The notes beneath the pieces were generated by a model. It was not told the origin of the DNA. It worked only from the letters and a program-made list of their open reading frames with translations, and ran no database searches. From the NCBI GenBank assembly GCA_043228905.1, contig JBHGNT010000007.1, positions 2,294,001 to 2,358,000 on the forward strand: 64,000 bases of DNA. The letters are read 5' to 3'. A program made the position numbers and the translations under genes. This document shows, in pieces, positions 29,132 to 40,491 of this stretch. Each line of letters starts with the position of its first letter. Position 1 is the first letter of the stretch. This DNA is from Azolla caroliniana (lineage: Eukaryota > Plantae > Polypodiophyta).

Positions 29132-29665
29132 GGAACCACCCTCTAAGATGGTGTAAGACAAGCCATGACATAGAGAGAACTCATGTGCCATCTCATTACT
29201 TTTCGTATTCAAATTAGAGTGGTAATACGATCCCTATCTCATAGATTGTAATATGTCTTCCATGGATGTTCAAAATAAAGATGGTAGTATATATATGCAC
29301 AATAATAGCAGGGATAATATCACAAAGTTAATGAACCACCCTCTAAGATGGTGTATGACAAGCCGTGAAATAGAGAGAACTCCCTGGACATCTCTTAGAT
29401 CCCTCGCCCTCCCCTCATTATGTTTTCGTATTCAGATTAGAGTGCTAATACGATCCAAGGTAAACGAACCACCCTCCAAGATGGTGCAAGGCAAGCCATG
29501 ACATAGAGAGAACTCCTTTGACATCTCTATCCCTCGCTCTCCTCTCATTACTTTTTGTATTCAAATTAGACTTGTAAGCGTTGTTTTCTTGTATTAATCT
29601 ATCTATACACCAGATTGAACTTGCCCCCCCCTTCATTAGTGTTCGTATTTAGATTAGAGTGGTAA
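29132..29665. repeat. Imperfect direct repeats, ~3 copies of ~130 bp
   Basis: 'gaaccaccctc(t/c)aagatggtg..caagcc..atagagagaactc' at ~29132, ~29333 and ~29466, each followed by 'ttttcgtattca(a/g)attaga'. Confidence 0.8.
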
Positions 29666-29743
29666 AGCATCATTTTTCGTATTAATCTATACTCAAGCTT
29701 GCGATCTCATTGACTAACACTATAACTTATCCGGCTCTGCCAC

Positions 29744-29815
29744 CGCAGAATGTGGGAATTGAACTCACAACCTACCTATTAGTCTCCGCGAGACAGCCTT
29801 ACTAGCTGATCCTGC
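29744..29815 (-). ncRNA. tRNA-like / tRNA-derived element (non-canonical cloverleaf; tRNA pseudogene or SINE head)
   Basis: The minus strand reads GCAGGAT C AGCT-AGTAA-GGCT GTCTC-GCG-GAGAC TAATAGGTAGGTT GTGAG-TTCAATT-CCCAC ATTCTGC G. It has a 7-bp acceptor stem, a T-arm with B-box, and a total length of 72 nt. The D and anticodon arms are aberrant. Confidence 0.55.
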
Positions 29816-29832
29816 CTAGACTAATTTAGAGG

Positions 29833-29840
29833 GAATATTC
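29833..29840. promoter_or_regulatory. P1BS element (PHR1-binding, GNATATNC)
   Basis: Palindromic GAATATTC lies ~180 bp upstream of the ATG of a PHF1 homolog. PHF1 is a known phosphate-starvation-induced gene. Confidence 0.6.
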
Positions 29841-30018
29841 CTGAATAATCCCCAGCGACTAATGGAGTTTAGACCGTGGCATCAGATCAGGGGAGAGATT
29901 TTGAACGAATCTTCGTTTTTAACTCAATTGGGTCGTTGAGGAGAAGAAAGCAAGCATCATCTGTTGATACACTTGCTTCTTTGATCAAGAGTGGGGAGAA
30001 AAATATTAGGGTTCTGCA

Positions 30019-33000
30019 ATGAGCACCAGAAGGACTCGAACCAGTTACTTGAAGAACCTGCAGAAGGATGGAGATGCCTCTCTGTTATGTTCTGCTTGGA
30101 TTCATGGGCCAAACTCTAGAAAAGAGGAAAAGGGTCATATCATTCTCGGAAAATCTATCATTAAATCTGGCGATAATCATGGTTGCTTGGAGATCTCTGG
30201 TTATGATCTCAAAGAAGACCTTTTATCTGAGCCAGTAAGTGGATTTATCCTTATAATACACCTCCTTTGTCTCATGTTGGTTGAAAATATGCCGTATATG
30301 GTTGAGATTTGTCTTATATTTTTGATGCATTTTCTTGTATGGTTGAGATTGTCTTATAAACTTGATTGTTGGCGAAATTGAAAATCTATGTATTATCTTA
30401 AATCGTTGAATTTTTTAAATATAAATACACTTGCATCTAAGCATTAAAGAATTTGTAAATAAAAATATGCTTTGCGTTATTGTCATTATATTACAAAAGC
30501 ATTGATGAATGACCAATCTCATGGTTGAAGTTTGGATTGGGTTTAGGGTCTATAATTCTATTTTCTTTTGAGTATTCTGATGCATCAACAATATGCCTGT
30601 TTCTGGATGACCTGTCTCAGGCCAAAAGTGAACTTGTGCCTTTGCCATTTTATCTATATTGTTTTTATATGTTCGAAATTTGAATTTCATTGATTGACGT
30701 ATACAGGAACTAATGCACGTGTGTATTGAAGAAGTCTCTTAAGTGTGTCTTGGTAACAAGGTTTTCAAAGATCTGTGTGATACTTCATTAAAATTTGGTG
30801 ATATGTATTAACAACCTGAGTAATATGGAACATTCACTTCAACTTACTTTTTGTGGATTGTATGAGTGATGTTAATACAAATAGAAACATTTTCTTCGTT
30901 ATGAAATTCTGAAAATATCCATGCCTCATATTTTGTTATGCAGCATAATGAACATGAATGTTTGAGAAGTTTGTAATTGTAACAGGGTTTTGGTAAAGCT
31001 TGGTATGTGTTAACAATTTGCTAACATAGACTGAAAGAGAGATGATGTGAGGGTGTGGTCAGTTGCTCCAAAACACCAAGGGAGTGGGCTGCTGTGTGAG
31101 GGGAGAAAAAATAGAGAAAACCGTGCAGAAAAATGGAAAGGAAACCTTAGCCGCTAAAATCCCTATCTCATTATGAGAGGTTTGGGCCAATTATTATTGA
31201 TAAGTAACTTAAGGTCATGTTGGCATGTTCACACATGGCTAATGACCAAACGTTATAAAAATAATGTAAATGCCTATAACCCCTGAAATTCGGGCCAAAG
31301 ATACAGTAAAAGTATGTCTAGAAAACTCTCGAAGAAAAGCATTGCTATATCCGGATGGTCTGGAGTCACGAACATTGAGTACAAAAACTTGGAACAAGTA
31401 TCCTAAACTACTCCATGCCTTAATAGCATCATGTCTTTGTGTGATAAATAGTTATTTCATTGCTACTGCTTGAAGATAAGTTCACTTTCAGTTTTGCTCT
31501 TAGTGCAACCCTGCAAGGCTGCTTGACCTTGCATATTTCCAAATAGATCTTGTTGAATCCATAACTGTACGCCATATGGAACTATGGAGTAACTAGTAAA
31601 CTGGTAAACTCCAACATACTTTTAGTGCCATCTTCTAAAAATATGATGGCTAGCCAAGGGAAGAGAAGAATTTCCATAAGTGCAAGCCAGAGTTTCCAAA
31701 TTCATTACAATGATGTTGCAAGACATAACCTTGTTATTGCATTTCATTATCAAACACGTCATCTCTTTCTCTCACACTCACTCATGCTTGTGAAACCATC
31801 TCAAGAATCATCACCATTTGTAAATCCACTGAATGCATTACTGTCATTATCATAGATCCTTAGGAAACCAAAAATGTCTATGTTTGCTTCAGTATGGATA
31901 ACCCAAAGTCGCGCTTAATTATAATCTTAATTTGTAGTATACACTAATTTTCACCTTCGGTAGACACTATATTTTTCTTTCTAAGCAGGCTCTAGCATAT
32001 GAACTATGTGAAGCCCATGCTCACTTTCTGCAAAAAACTTCAAGGCACCTTAGGGTTTCCTAAGCCTTACAATTAAAAAAATAAAGCAGAATTCATATTC
32101 TTGTTTCACAAGGTATAGGCATACATGCGCATTTGTATGCATTTCATCCACGCTTAAACATTACATGTTACGTTCTATAAGTTTGAATGGAATGTGTTTG
32201 AACACCCCGAAACACTATGGAGACCCCTTCTTTTTTTATATTGGCTAATAAGCATCTGTGTGAGTTTAAATTGACCTTTTGTTTTCATTACTTGTTCATC
32301 TAAAGTTTGTTTAATAAAAAACAAATATTGCAGGTTGACAACAAGGAAGAGGAAGAATTGCCACAATCCATAGCAGTGCATCCTGGAGGGGATGGTGTCA
32401 TATGCTCATTTTTAAAGTCCTTCAAGTAAATCCAGGATGATGCGCAATTGTATATCCAATGCATATGCACACTCATATACTCAAAATATCTATGTACCAA
32501 GGTTTTCATAGATCATTGTGTCTGCAGGTTTTATGAGTTAGAGAAAGGAGAACATATGGAGTTAAAAGAGTCTAAAGGACGCCTTTTACCCCTAGAAGGA
32601 ATTGGGCCACAATCGAGCCTTTTGTTTTCGGCTGATGGGTCTAGACTTGCAGCAGGATCAAAGGTAAGATTAGTAAATTTTAAAATATATAGGTATGATT
32701 TACTGTTCATGGTTCAAGACTTCATATCCGCAGCTCATTCTTTCCATAGGATGGACATATACGAGTCTTTGAATGGCCAACTTTGAACATCCTATTTGAT
32801 CAGCCTGATGGTTGCAAGTTCCTGAGTAGCCTTGATATTAGGTGTGTCAGTAGCTTTTGAATGCAAATGTCTGGTCATTATTATATATTAGAATTTATCT
32901 AATTTGCAATTATTATGGCAGTCTAGATGGGGCATTTCTAGCATCAGTACCAGAGGGTGGAAATTTCTGTCGTGTTTGGGAAATAGAGACATCAACAGTC

Positions 33001-34217
33001 TTAACAACAATAACAAACAGCAATAAGGTTTGTTAATGGAATTAAAGCATGTATTACAAAACCAGCAGCTCAATTGGTTGCCAAGACTTTCTAAAGAACC
33101 TTCTCTTTTCTAATCAGCACTCTATATAAGTAGGCTAGTTTGAATCACCTTATGTGCTGTGTGTAATCTCTTGTTTCATATCAGGGCGAGGTATTTGGCT
33201 CTTGTCGGTTTTCAAGAGATGGAACTAAACCATTTTTGTTCATAACAGTAAACAAAGGTGCGAAAACGGAAGCGATAAAACAAGAGAAGTTGTTAGAATC
33301 ATACATATTTTTAACAAAGGAATTTCATGTCTGTAAATATAGGTGGAAAGGGTTTTATTGGAGTGTGGGAAATCCAATCATGGAATAAGATTGGCAAGAA
33401 GATGTTCTCAAAGGATATTGTCACCTCGTTTGCCATTAGTCATGATGGGAAATGGCTGGGACTGTATGTGTTAGGGTTTCAAATTCGTCATATACAGTTA
33501 AGGTTGCTATTGGTCATATATTTGAGTTATGATATTGATAAAATAAATGTGATGCAGTGGAAGTGCCTCCGGGGATACATATCTTATTGAAGTGAAACGA
33601 ATGCAAATGATTGAACTTCTGAAAGATGCACATTTATCAGCAGTAACGAGTTTGGAATTCTCTCCAAATAGCAGGTAGGGTTTTGTATATATTGTAACAA
33701 GTTACATATATTCTGTTTTTGTTCTTGTTTTTCTTGACTTAATGAGGTCTCCGCCGGCATTTGTGGTATAACTATGGATGGGCAGGGGAGGCAGTTGAAC
33801 TCCCAAACTATTAGCTTTTGTTGTTGTGGCATTACCTTTCTATTTTAAACAAGAGAAATTGTTTGGTTCTCCATTGGCAGAGCATTTTTATCAGTATCTT
33901 CCGCTGATTCAACTGCTAGAGTAACCAAACTGAATGCAATCAAGCCGTGGAAAGGTGTGGTGGATGATAAAAACTTTTGGAGAGAGTTAGTTGATTTATT
34001 TGACTGTTAACTGTTTTCTGCTTCCTTCACATTGGCAGAGTGGCAGCTGTACGCTGTGTTGATAGGAATTATCCTGCTTTCAGCAGTTCTCTTTTATATA
34101 TTTTTTGAGCTATCTGATTCCTTCTGGAATTTTCCATTGGGGCGAAATCAACCCGGAAGACTGTTTCACAAAACGATATATGAAAGCCGACAGGATTTTG
34201 ATGGAGAAGAATTATAA
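30019..34217 (+). CDS. PHF1: Phosphate transporter traffic facilitator 1 homolog (SEC12-like WD40 ER membrane protein), 10 exons
   Basis: Exons 30019-30234, 32334-32425, 32528-32663, 32750-32841, 32922-33027, 33185-33257, 33343-33463, 33558-33674, 33881-33954, 34039-34217. Motifs match my recollection of PHF1: CSAWI, AVHPGGD, FSADGSRLAAG, FEWP, CRFSRDGTKPFLF and WKEWQLYAVL-TM-FFELSDSFWNFPLG. Confidence 0.88.
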
Positions 34218-34474
34218 GACTCTAGATATATAGTTAGGCTTCAATGTTTCAGCATTTATGCATACATAATTTTATCTGAGTAAACAAGCTCACAATCCGT
34301 CATTAAGATTCATGTTGAATAAAGTTCTCAGGTGGTGGTACATGATAATGTTTGGAGGGGAAAAAACAGGCAAAAAGGTCTAAATTTTTGTGTGACATTC
34401 GCCTATCATGATGTATTAATAACTCTTAGATATTTTATTGCATTGGTTTCTAACTCTCTGATTGAAGGTATTAA

Positions 34475-34904
34475 TAGCAATCGGCAATGGTTTGGTTAAG
34501 TTTGGTTCGGTTCAAGAGTTTCAATCTCAAATCGAATCATTTAAACCAAAACTATTCAAACTGAACCATTACAAAAAATCCAAGCTCAAACCAAACAATT
34601 TAGTGATTATCAAATTGTTGAACCATTAAAATTGCAGTTTCCCCGTTCGATTTTGGATTTTCAAGTTGGGTCAAATTTTGAAAATTTAAAGATTTTTCCT
34701 AAATTGTCAAAATTAGGCTTAAAAATAAAAAGGTTAAAGATAATATTAAAGAAAATAGCTAAGTGTCAACCCTAAACCATCAAACCGTTTAAATTGGAAG
34801 TTGTTAAGTGAAACAAACAAAATCGTTTACAGCCCTAAATTGAATTGAACTCTTTAAAGTGTTGTCATTATGTTGTGGTTGAATTGAACCATTGTCAATT
34901 GCTA
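34475..34904. mobile_element. Non-autonomous hAT-like element (MITE), 430 bp
   Basis: Terminal inverted repeats (TIRs) TAGCAATCGGCAATGGTT / AACCATTGTCAATTGCTA. Perfect 8-bp TSD GGTATTAA at 34467-34474 and 34905-34912. Subterminal GGTTC/AAACC motifs. Confidence 0.88.
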
Positions 34905-35533
34905 GGTATTAAGAACATCAAATGTTTAAATTTCTCAATTATGTCATTCTAGAGAAGGTAAGCAACCATAAGTAATGCAATTGTCATGAAGTATATAGTT
35001 TTATATAACCTAAATGAGATGAAAAAATCTCCTAGATTGTATTTGCAAGGGGTTGGCATGAATCACTAAAGCAACCCCCACTATTGAAGTTGTCATGAGG
35101 TGAATTTGAGGAATTGAGTTCTTGAGTTGCACAATTCATGGTGTAGAGCTTAATATTAAGGGTGGGTAATAAACTCCAAAGCTCATTATTGTATCTCCAA
35201 CTTTAGTGAATGGAAAGTTCTTAACTTTAACAAATACTTGGAAAGGAATTAATCTACATTTCAATACGCTGCATTTTACAATATCATTGCTTGTTCTTTA
35301 TTGTGCACATGAATGCACCTTTATGATTTCCAAATCCTTCCTTTTTTTAATTTCCAATTTGCTTCAAACTGAATCATTTTTTAAAACTCCAATTTGCTTC
35401 CAAGTCATTCATTTTTAATCTCAGATTTGCGTGCAAATCCTCAATTTGTTTCGTCTATTACACTTTCACCCATGCATGTGAACTGCTTTGTTGTATAAGG
35501 TGAACAACTATTACAAGTTTGGAACAAATACTA

Positions 35534-35901
35534 AAGATGACTAGCACTACCTTGTTGTATGACAAAAAGTATTCCTACATCAGAACAAATACAAAAGATA
35601 ATGATTCAAAGGAGATGGAAATTGCATACTAGTATTTACGGTATGGTAGATATTGTAGCTACATTGATATGTCGCACTTTGGTTTAACAAAACTCATTAT
35701 GATACTTATATGAGACAAGACATATATAAGTATCATAATGAGTTTTGTTAAACCAAAGTGCGACATATCAATGTAGCTACAATATCTACCATACCGTAAA
35801 TACTAGTATGCAATTTCCATCTCCTTTGAATCATTATCTTTTGTATTTGTTCTGATGTAGGAATACTTTTTGTCATACAACAAGGTAGTGCTAGTCATCT
35901 T
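35534..35901. repeat. Perfect inverted repeat: 178-bp arms, 12-nt loop
   Basis: 35534-35711 is the exact reverse complement of 35724-35901. The loop is GAGACAAGACAT. Confidence 0.97.
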
Positions 35902-36039
35902 AGAATGATAGAGATAAGTATCCCCATAATATAGCTATATCTAGGTGCAATATACAAAGACCAAATATTTGAGGCAAATTCATCTAAAAAGCCACTCCTC
36001 TTTATGGTCATTATCCCGCAAATCATATTCTCCAAAACT

Positions 36040-36214
36040 GCCAATGGCTTTGTGGAAATGCAGAGCACAAGAATAGAACAGCTACTATTCCCACTTGATG
36101 TACACCCTTAGTGTGATGCACAAAGCCATTAGCACATGCCAATGGCATTGTGGAAATGCAGAGCACAAGAATAGAACAGCTTCTATTCCCAATTGCTGTA
36201 CACCCGTAGTGTGA
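36040..36214. repeat. Direct duplication, ~75-bp copies ~98 bp apart
   Basis: 'ccaatggc.ttgtggaaatgcagagcacaagaatagaacagct.ctattccca.ttg.tgtacacc..tagtgtga' occurs twice. Confidence 0.85.
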
Positions 36215-36503
36215 ATATGTCATCGTGGACGGAGAGCCAGGCGAAGTAATACGTTCATTGCTGATCTAAATCCCCTAGAATAGTTTTTACACGATCTCTT
36301 CAAAATTACAAGATAAATCAATTTCAATTCTACATGATAGCCAACACCCAACCATTATTGATCAAGAAATGACTTGAATCTTTTACACGGCCAGATGCCA
36401 GACACAAGATTACATGAATGGCAAAAATTTCAGTGAGTTTTCTGAAACCTTGGGAATCCCCAAAAAATAATATTTTCCTCTTGGGAAGGAAGTCCTAATA
36501 TTC

Positions 36504-39500
36504 CTAAATTGGTACGAATCTATCTTTTGCAGTTTTGACTGCTATCTCAACATGAGTATCAAAGCATCTACCACAACAAGTATCTACAGGACTATTACCT
36601 CTATCACCAAGATGACTACACGATAAACATTCAGATTCAGAGAGGCATAAAGAAAGCAATATATGTACTGCACCTCTTGCAATCTGCTTAAACTGCTCTT
36701 TGCCTGGAAACAAAAACAAAAGATCACAAACATCAACAAATAGCGATAAAAAGATGGAGGTTAAATATACATCACAAGTTTACAAAGCATACCAAGTCCC
36801 TCTGCAATATAGAATGGCCAAATCTGTTTTTTAACCAACTCCGTGAGGTGAACTTTCATGCCCTCGTTAGAAGTAGATGCAGCATTACATTGACTATTTC
36901 TGTCAGCTGATGTCACAACATGGATTTTTGCATTGCTTGAGATTTTCTTACTCATATCTGGACTTTCTATATCACTTCTTTCTAAACATTTATCCATCGT
37001 GTGAGGTTCAAATTTCATACGACTGTGTGGAAGGTCCTCATGTCGACAATCTCTAGATTTCATCATTGTTGCAGGCAACGCAACATTCCTTGTGCTTGTA
37101 TTAACCATATCCTTTTGATCATTTTTCCTCAACCCTGCAGCTACGCTTGAGCTAGCTCCACTGCTTTTTTCATTTGAAAATTTGTCCTTGATGTCACTGA
37201 CATTTTGGATCATATCCTTTTTATTCTTCTTCGGAGCATTTTCAAATGTCCTTGATCTCAAACTTGCAACAGTACTTGAGCTTGCTTCACCACATTTTTC
37301 ATTTGAATTTTGGTTACTGACACCACTGACATTTGGGTCCAAATCCTTTTTATCTCTCTTCATGGAAATATCAAGGGTCCTTAACCTTGACCTTGCAATT
37401 ATGTTCGAGCTAGAATCATCATTTTTTCTATCAAAATTCTCGTTCCTAATGTTAACACTTTGGTTTGTAAGGACAGGAGCTCTTAAAGGACTTGGATAAT
37501 GCAATGTCCCATCGCTCAGTTTCTTATTCGAAGACACTTCAGATGAATCTGAAACCCCTATGTTCAATTGGCTGCGTGCATGGCTCATCATCTGCCACGC
37601 TTGTTCAACTTCTCTTTCCCCTTTTGGTGAAACCATTCCAAGTTTACTTCTGTTACCTTCAATAACAGAAGTTTTTCCCGAAACTACTGATCTAGAAGAA
37701 TCTATTGATTGCCTGCCTATAGCATGGAATTGCAAATTACCTGTCTGTATTTGGCCCCAATTTGTGCGCATGATTTGAATCCGTTCTTGCAATCCACATT
37801 GTCGACGAACAGTCCTTGTTGACCCATTCATAGGACTTGATAATGGAATCTCCGAATCATTGACACCCCTTTGTTGATCTGATAGTCTCCTTGATACTCC
37901 TCGTATCGATGCTCTCCTCCTTGACCTTGCTCTTCTCCTTGGTACCACATTTGAAAAACGTGGTCTAGAGATGGGTATTTGAGCTCTAAATCGCCTTGGA
38001 TGTCGATTTCCAGACTGTGGTGATGCGACAATGGATCTTAATATGGTATCTTCATCTTGATCACTTTCACCATCTTTATGCTCTGTGTCTGAGGTTTGAA
38101 CTAGTTCATCCTCTTCATTGTCATTATCAGAGTTTTCTGCTGCTACTGATCCTTGGCATGCCCTACAAAACCAATCGCCACGTGGTATGGATGTTCCAAG
38201 TCCTACACAGAATGTGTGTGCAGCTGCATCACATTGATCGCATAACAAGAGCAGCCTTTCATCACCAGAACCATGGCATTCCATACAAACAACATCTTCA
38301 TAAGATTCTTGCATAGGAATATATTGTTCATCTGGAGGGATATAGGCCTGAAAAGAGAAATAACTGTTACAGCATAGTACTTACAATATATCAACCATCC
38401 TGTTTGCTTGAGAAATCAGTTGCCTATTTATATAACCAGTCAATAAGATGGTTTACATATATATAAAATAAACTCATTATTTTCAAAATAAAAAATGAAT
38501 AATCATATAAACATACCTGGTTTCTCGTTGGTATTCGAACTGTTCTCTTTCGTTTTCTAGCAATGCCAGGTTTAACAATAGTAACAAATCTTTGCTTGCA
38601 CATTGGGCATCGAGATTCCACCTTAGCCCACTCCATAATACACCCAAAACAGAAGAAATGATCACAACAATCAAGTTTACCTCTTTCAACAAATGCACTA
38701 GTTTCCTCAGTCAAACAGATCCCACAAACACGTGCAATTTCAACCTCATCTACTACACGTTCTTGAACCACGTCTGCATTTTCTTCTTCTTCAAGTACCT
38801 TCTGCTTCCCTTTCCTCGTCATATAATTGAAAGAATCATCTGCTTTCAAGTTCTCAGGCATATTTGATGGGCTGATCCAAAATTTCCCTTTCCTCTTTGC
38901 GTCCTCAGAAGCTCCAGATACATCCCTTCCTGCCATATTAGAGGGTCCAATATCGTTTTCTCGCGGCAAAGTGGCAGAATCTTCTTCAAAACTCTTCTGC
39001 TTCCCTTTCCCTTTTGAATCATATAAAACTCCCAATGCATGATTTTCTTCACAATCAATGTTCGACATGCTGATATCATATGTTTGTTGCATATTAGCAG
39101 CGTCTTCTTTGAATATCTTATTCTTCCCTTTCTTCTGCACATCATCTGAAGTTCGAGGTGCATCATTTCCTTTATATTCTAGGGTCAATGTGCCCATACC
39201 ATTTCCAGATGCATCATTTTCTTCCATGTTTGATGATCTGATACCATTTTTTAATACACCATTTCCTTCACATTTCATGATGGATGTAATTATACCATTT
39301 CTTGCTACATTGTTTTCTTCCATGTTGGACATGCTGACTCCATTTCTGGTTGCATTATTTTCTGGAGCAATTTGTCTGCTGATATCAATTCGGGATGCAT
39401 CATTTTCTTCCATGTTTGATGGTTTGATACCATTTCCAAATGCATCATTTTCTTTTGCTTTTGATATGCAGATACCATTTCTGCATGCATCATTATCTTC

Positions 39501-40322
39501 ATATTCCATGTCCGGTGAGCTGACGCCATTTCCAGATACATTGTTTTCTTCTACATTTGGTGTGCTTATACCATTTTCTGAATGCAATACAGTGGAATGA
39601 GCAGAATCCATACATGATCTGACTCTGCTACAGGTATAGCTTTTCAATGTGCTTATAGCTTTTCTAGATGCATTGCTGTATTCCATATTCAATGCACCAA
39701 TTTCATTTCCTTGTAACAAAAGAATGGAAGAAAATCTGTCTGTAGAAGATTTAACTCTCTGAAATCCATCTTCAACCCGAGACCTAGGCTCCAAACAAAC
39801 AACCACATTCTTCTCTTGATAAAAGCCCTCATTTTGCATAAGATCCGCATCCCCGCCTTCAAAGAAAATCTCAATTTGCACAGGCTTTCCGCAATCAACA
39901 TCAACAATTCCTTCATCAGGATCAATCGTGGAGATACGGCGAGGCAGTGGTTCCTTGAAATATCTCAGAGGAGATTTTCCAGGAACCCGTCCTCTTGCTT
40001 CGGAAGTTGAAACCTCAGCTTTTCCTTTACTATTCTCTTCCTCTTTTTCCTCCTCCTCCTCCTCCTCCTCCTCCTCATCATCATCATCATCATCATCATC
40101 ATCTTCTTCTTCTTCTTCTTCTTCATCATCATCATCATCATCTTGATCTTCTTCTTCTTCTTCTTCTTCTTCTTCTTCATCATCATCATCATCATCATCA
40201 TCTTGATCTTCTTTTTCTTCTTCTTTGTTCGCTGCATCGCCACTGTAGGCATAAGGAGCATGTTTCATCCTATTCCGACCAGAAGAGGAGGAGATGCCCT
40301 TGGTCAATTTCCGATTCCTCAT
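36504..40322 (-). CDS. RING finger + PHD finger protein (PHRF1-like architecture), 3 exons
   Basis: Exons 40322-38517, 38347-36793, 36703-36504. Acidic N-terminus; RING CGIC..LDCCDHFFCFGCIMEWAKVESRCPMCKQRF; PHD CMECHGSGDERLLLLCDQCDAAAHTFCVGLG..PRGDWFCRAC; C-terminal KEQFKQIARGAVHILL helix. The start may be the ATG at 40322 or 40268. Confidence 0.9.
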
Positions 40323-40326
40323 CACA

Positions 40327-40362
<36 letters not shown>

Positions 40363-40491
40363 GGAACACCACATTCACTAAACAATGAGCAGGGTAAAGC
40401 TCTGCCCCTGTTCTGCCTCTCTCAAACACAAGCGCGCGCGCGCACACACACATATACAGTATAAAGAGGCCAAATAAATCTTCCAAGTAAC

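Noticed and set aside
29744-29815. Functional tRNA-Arg(GCG)
   Set aside because: The anticodon arm cannot form a canonical 5-bp stem with a 7-nt loop and U33, the D-arm is truncated, and there is no Pol III terminator. It is kept only as tRNA-like.
39928-40388. Poly-S, poly-H/L/P and poly-K/M ORFs
   Set aside because: They are shadow frames of the GAT/GAA/GAG repeats encoding the acidic tract of the RING-PHD protein.
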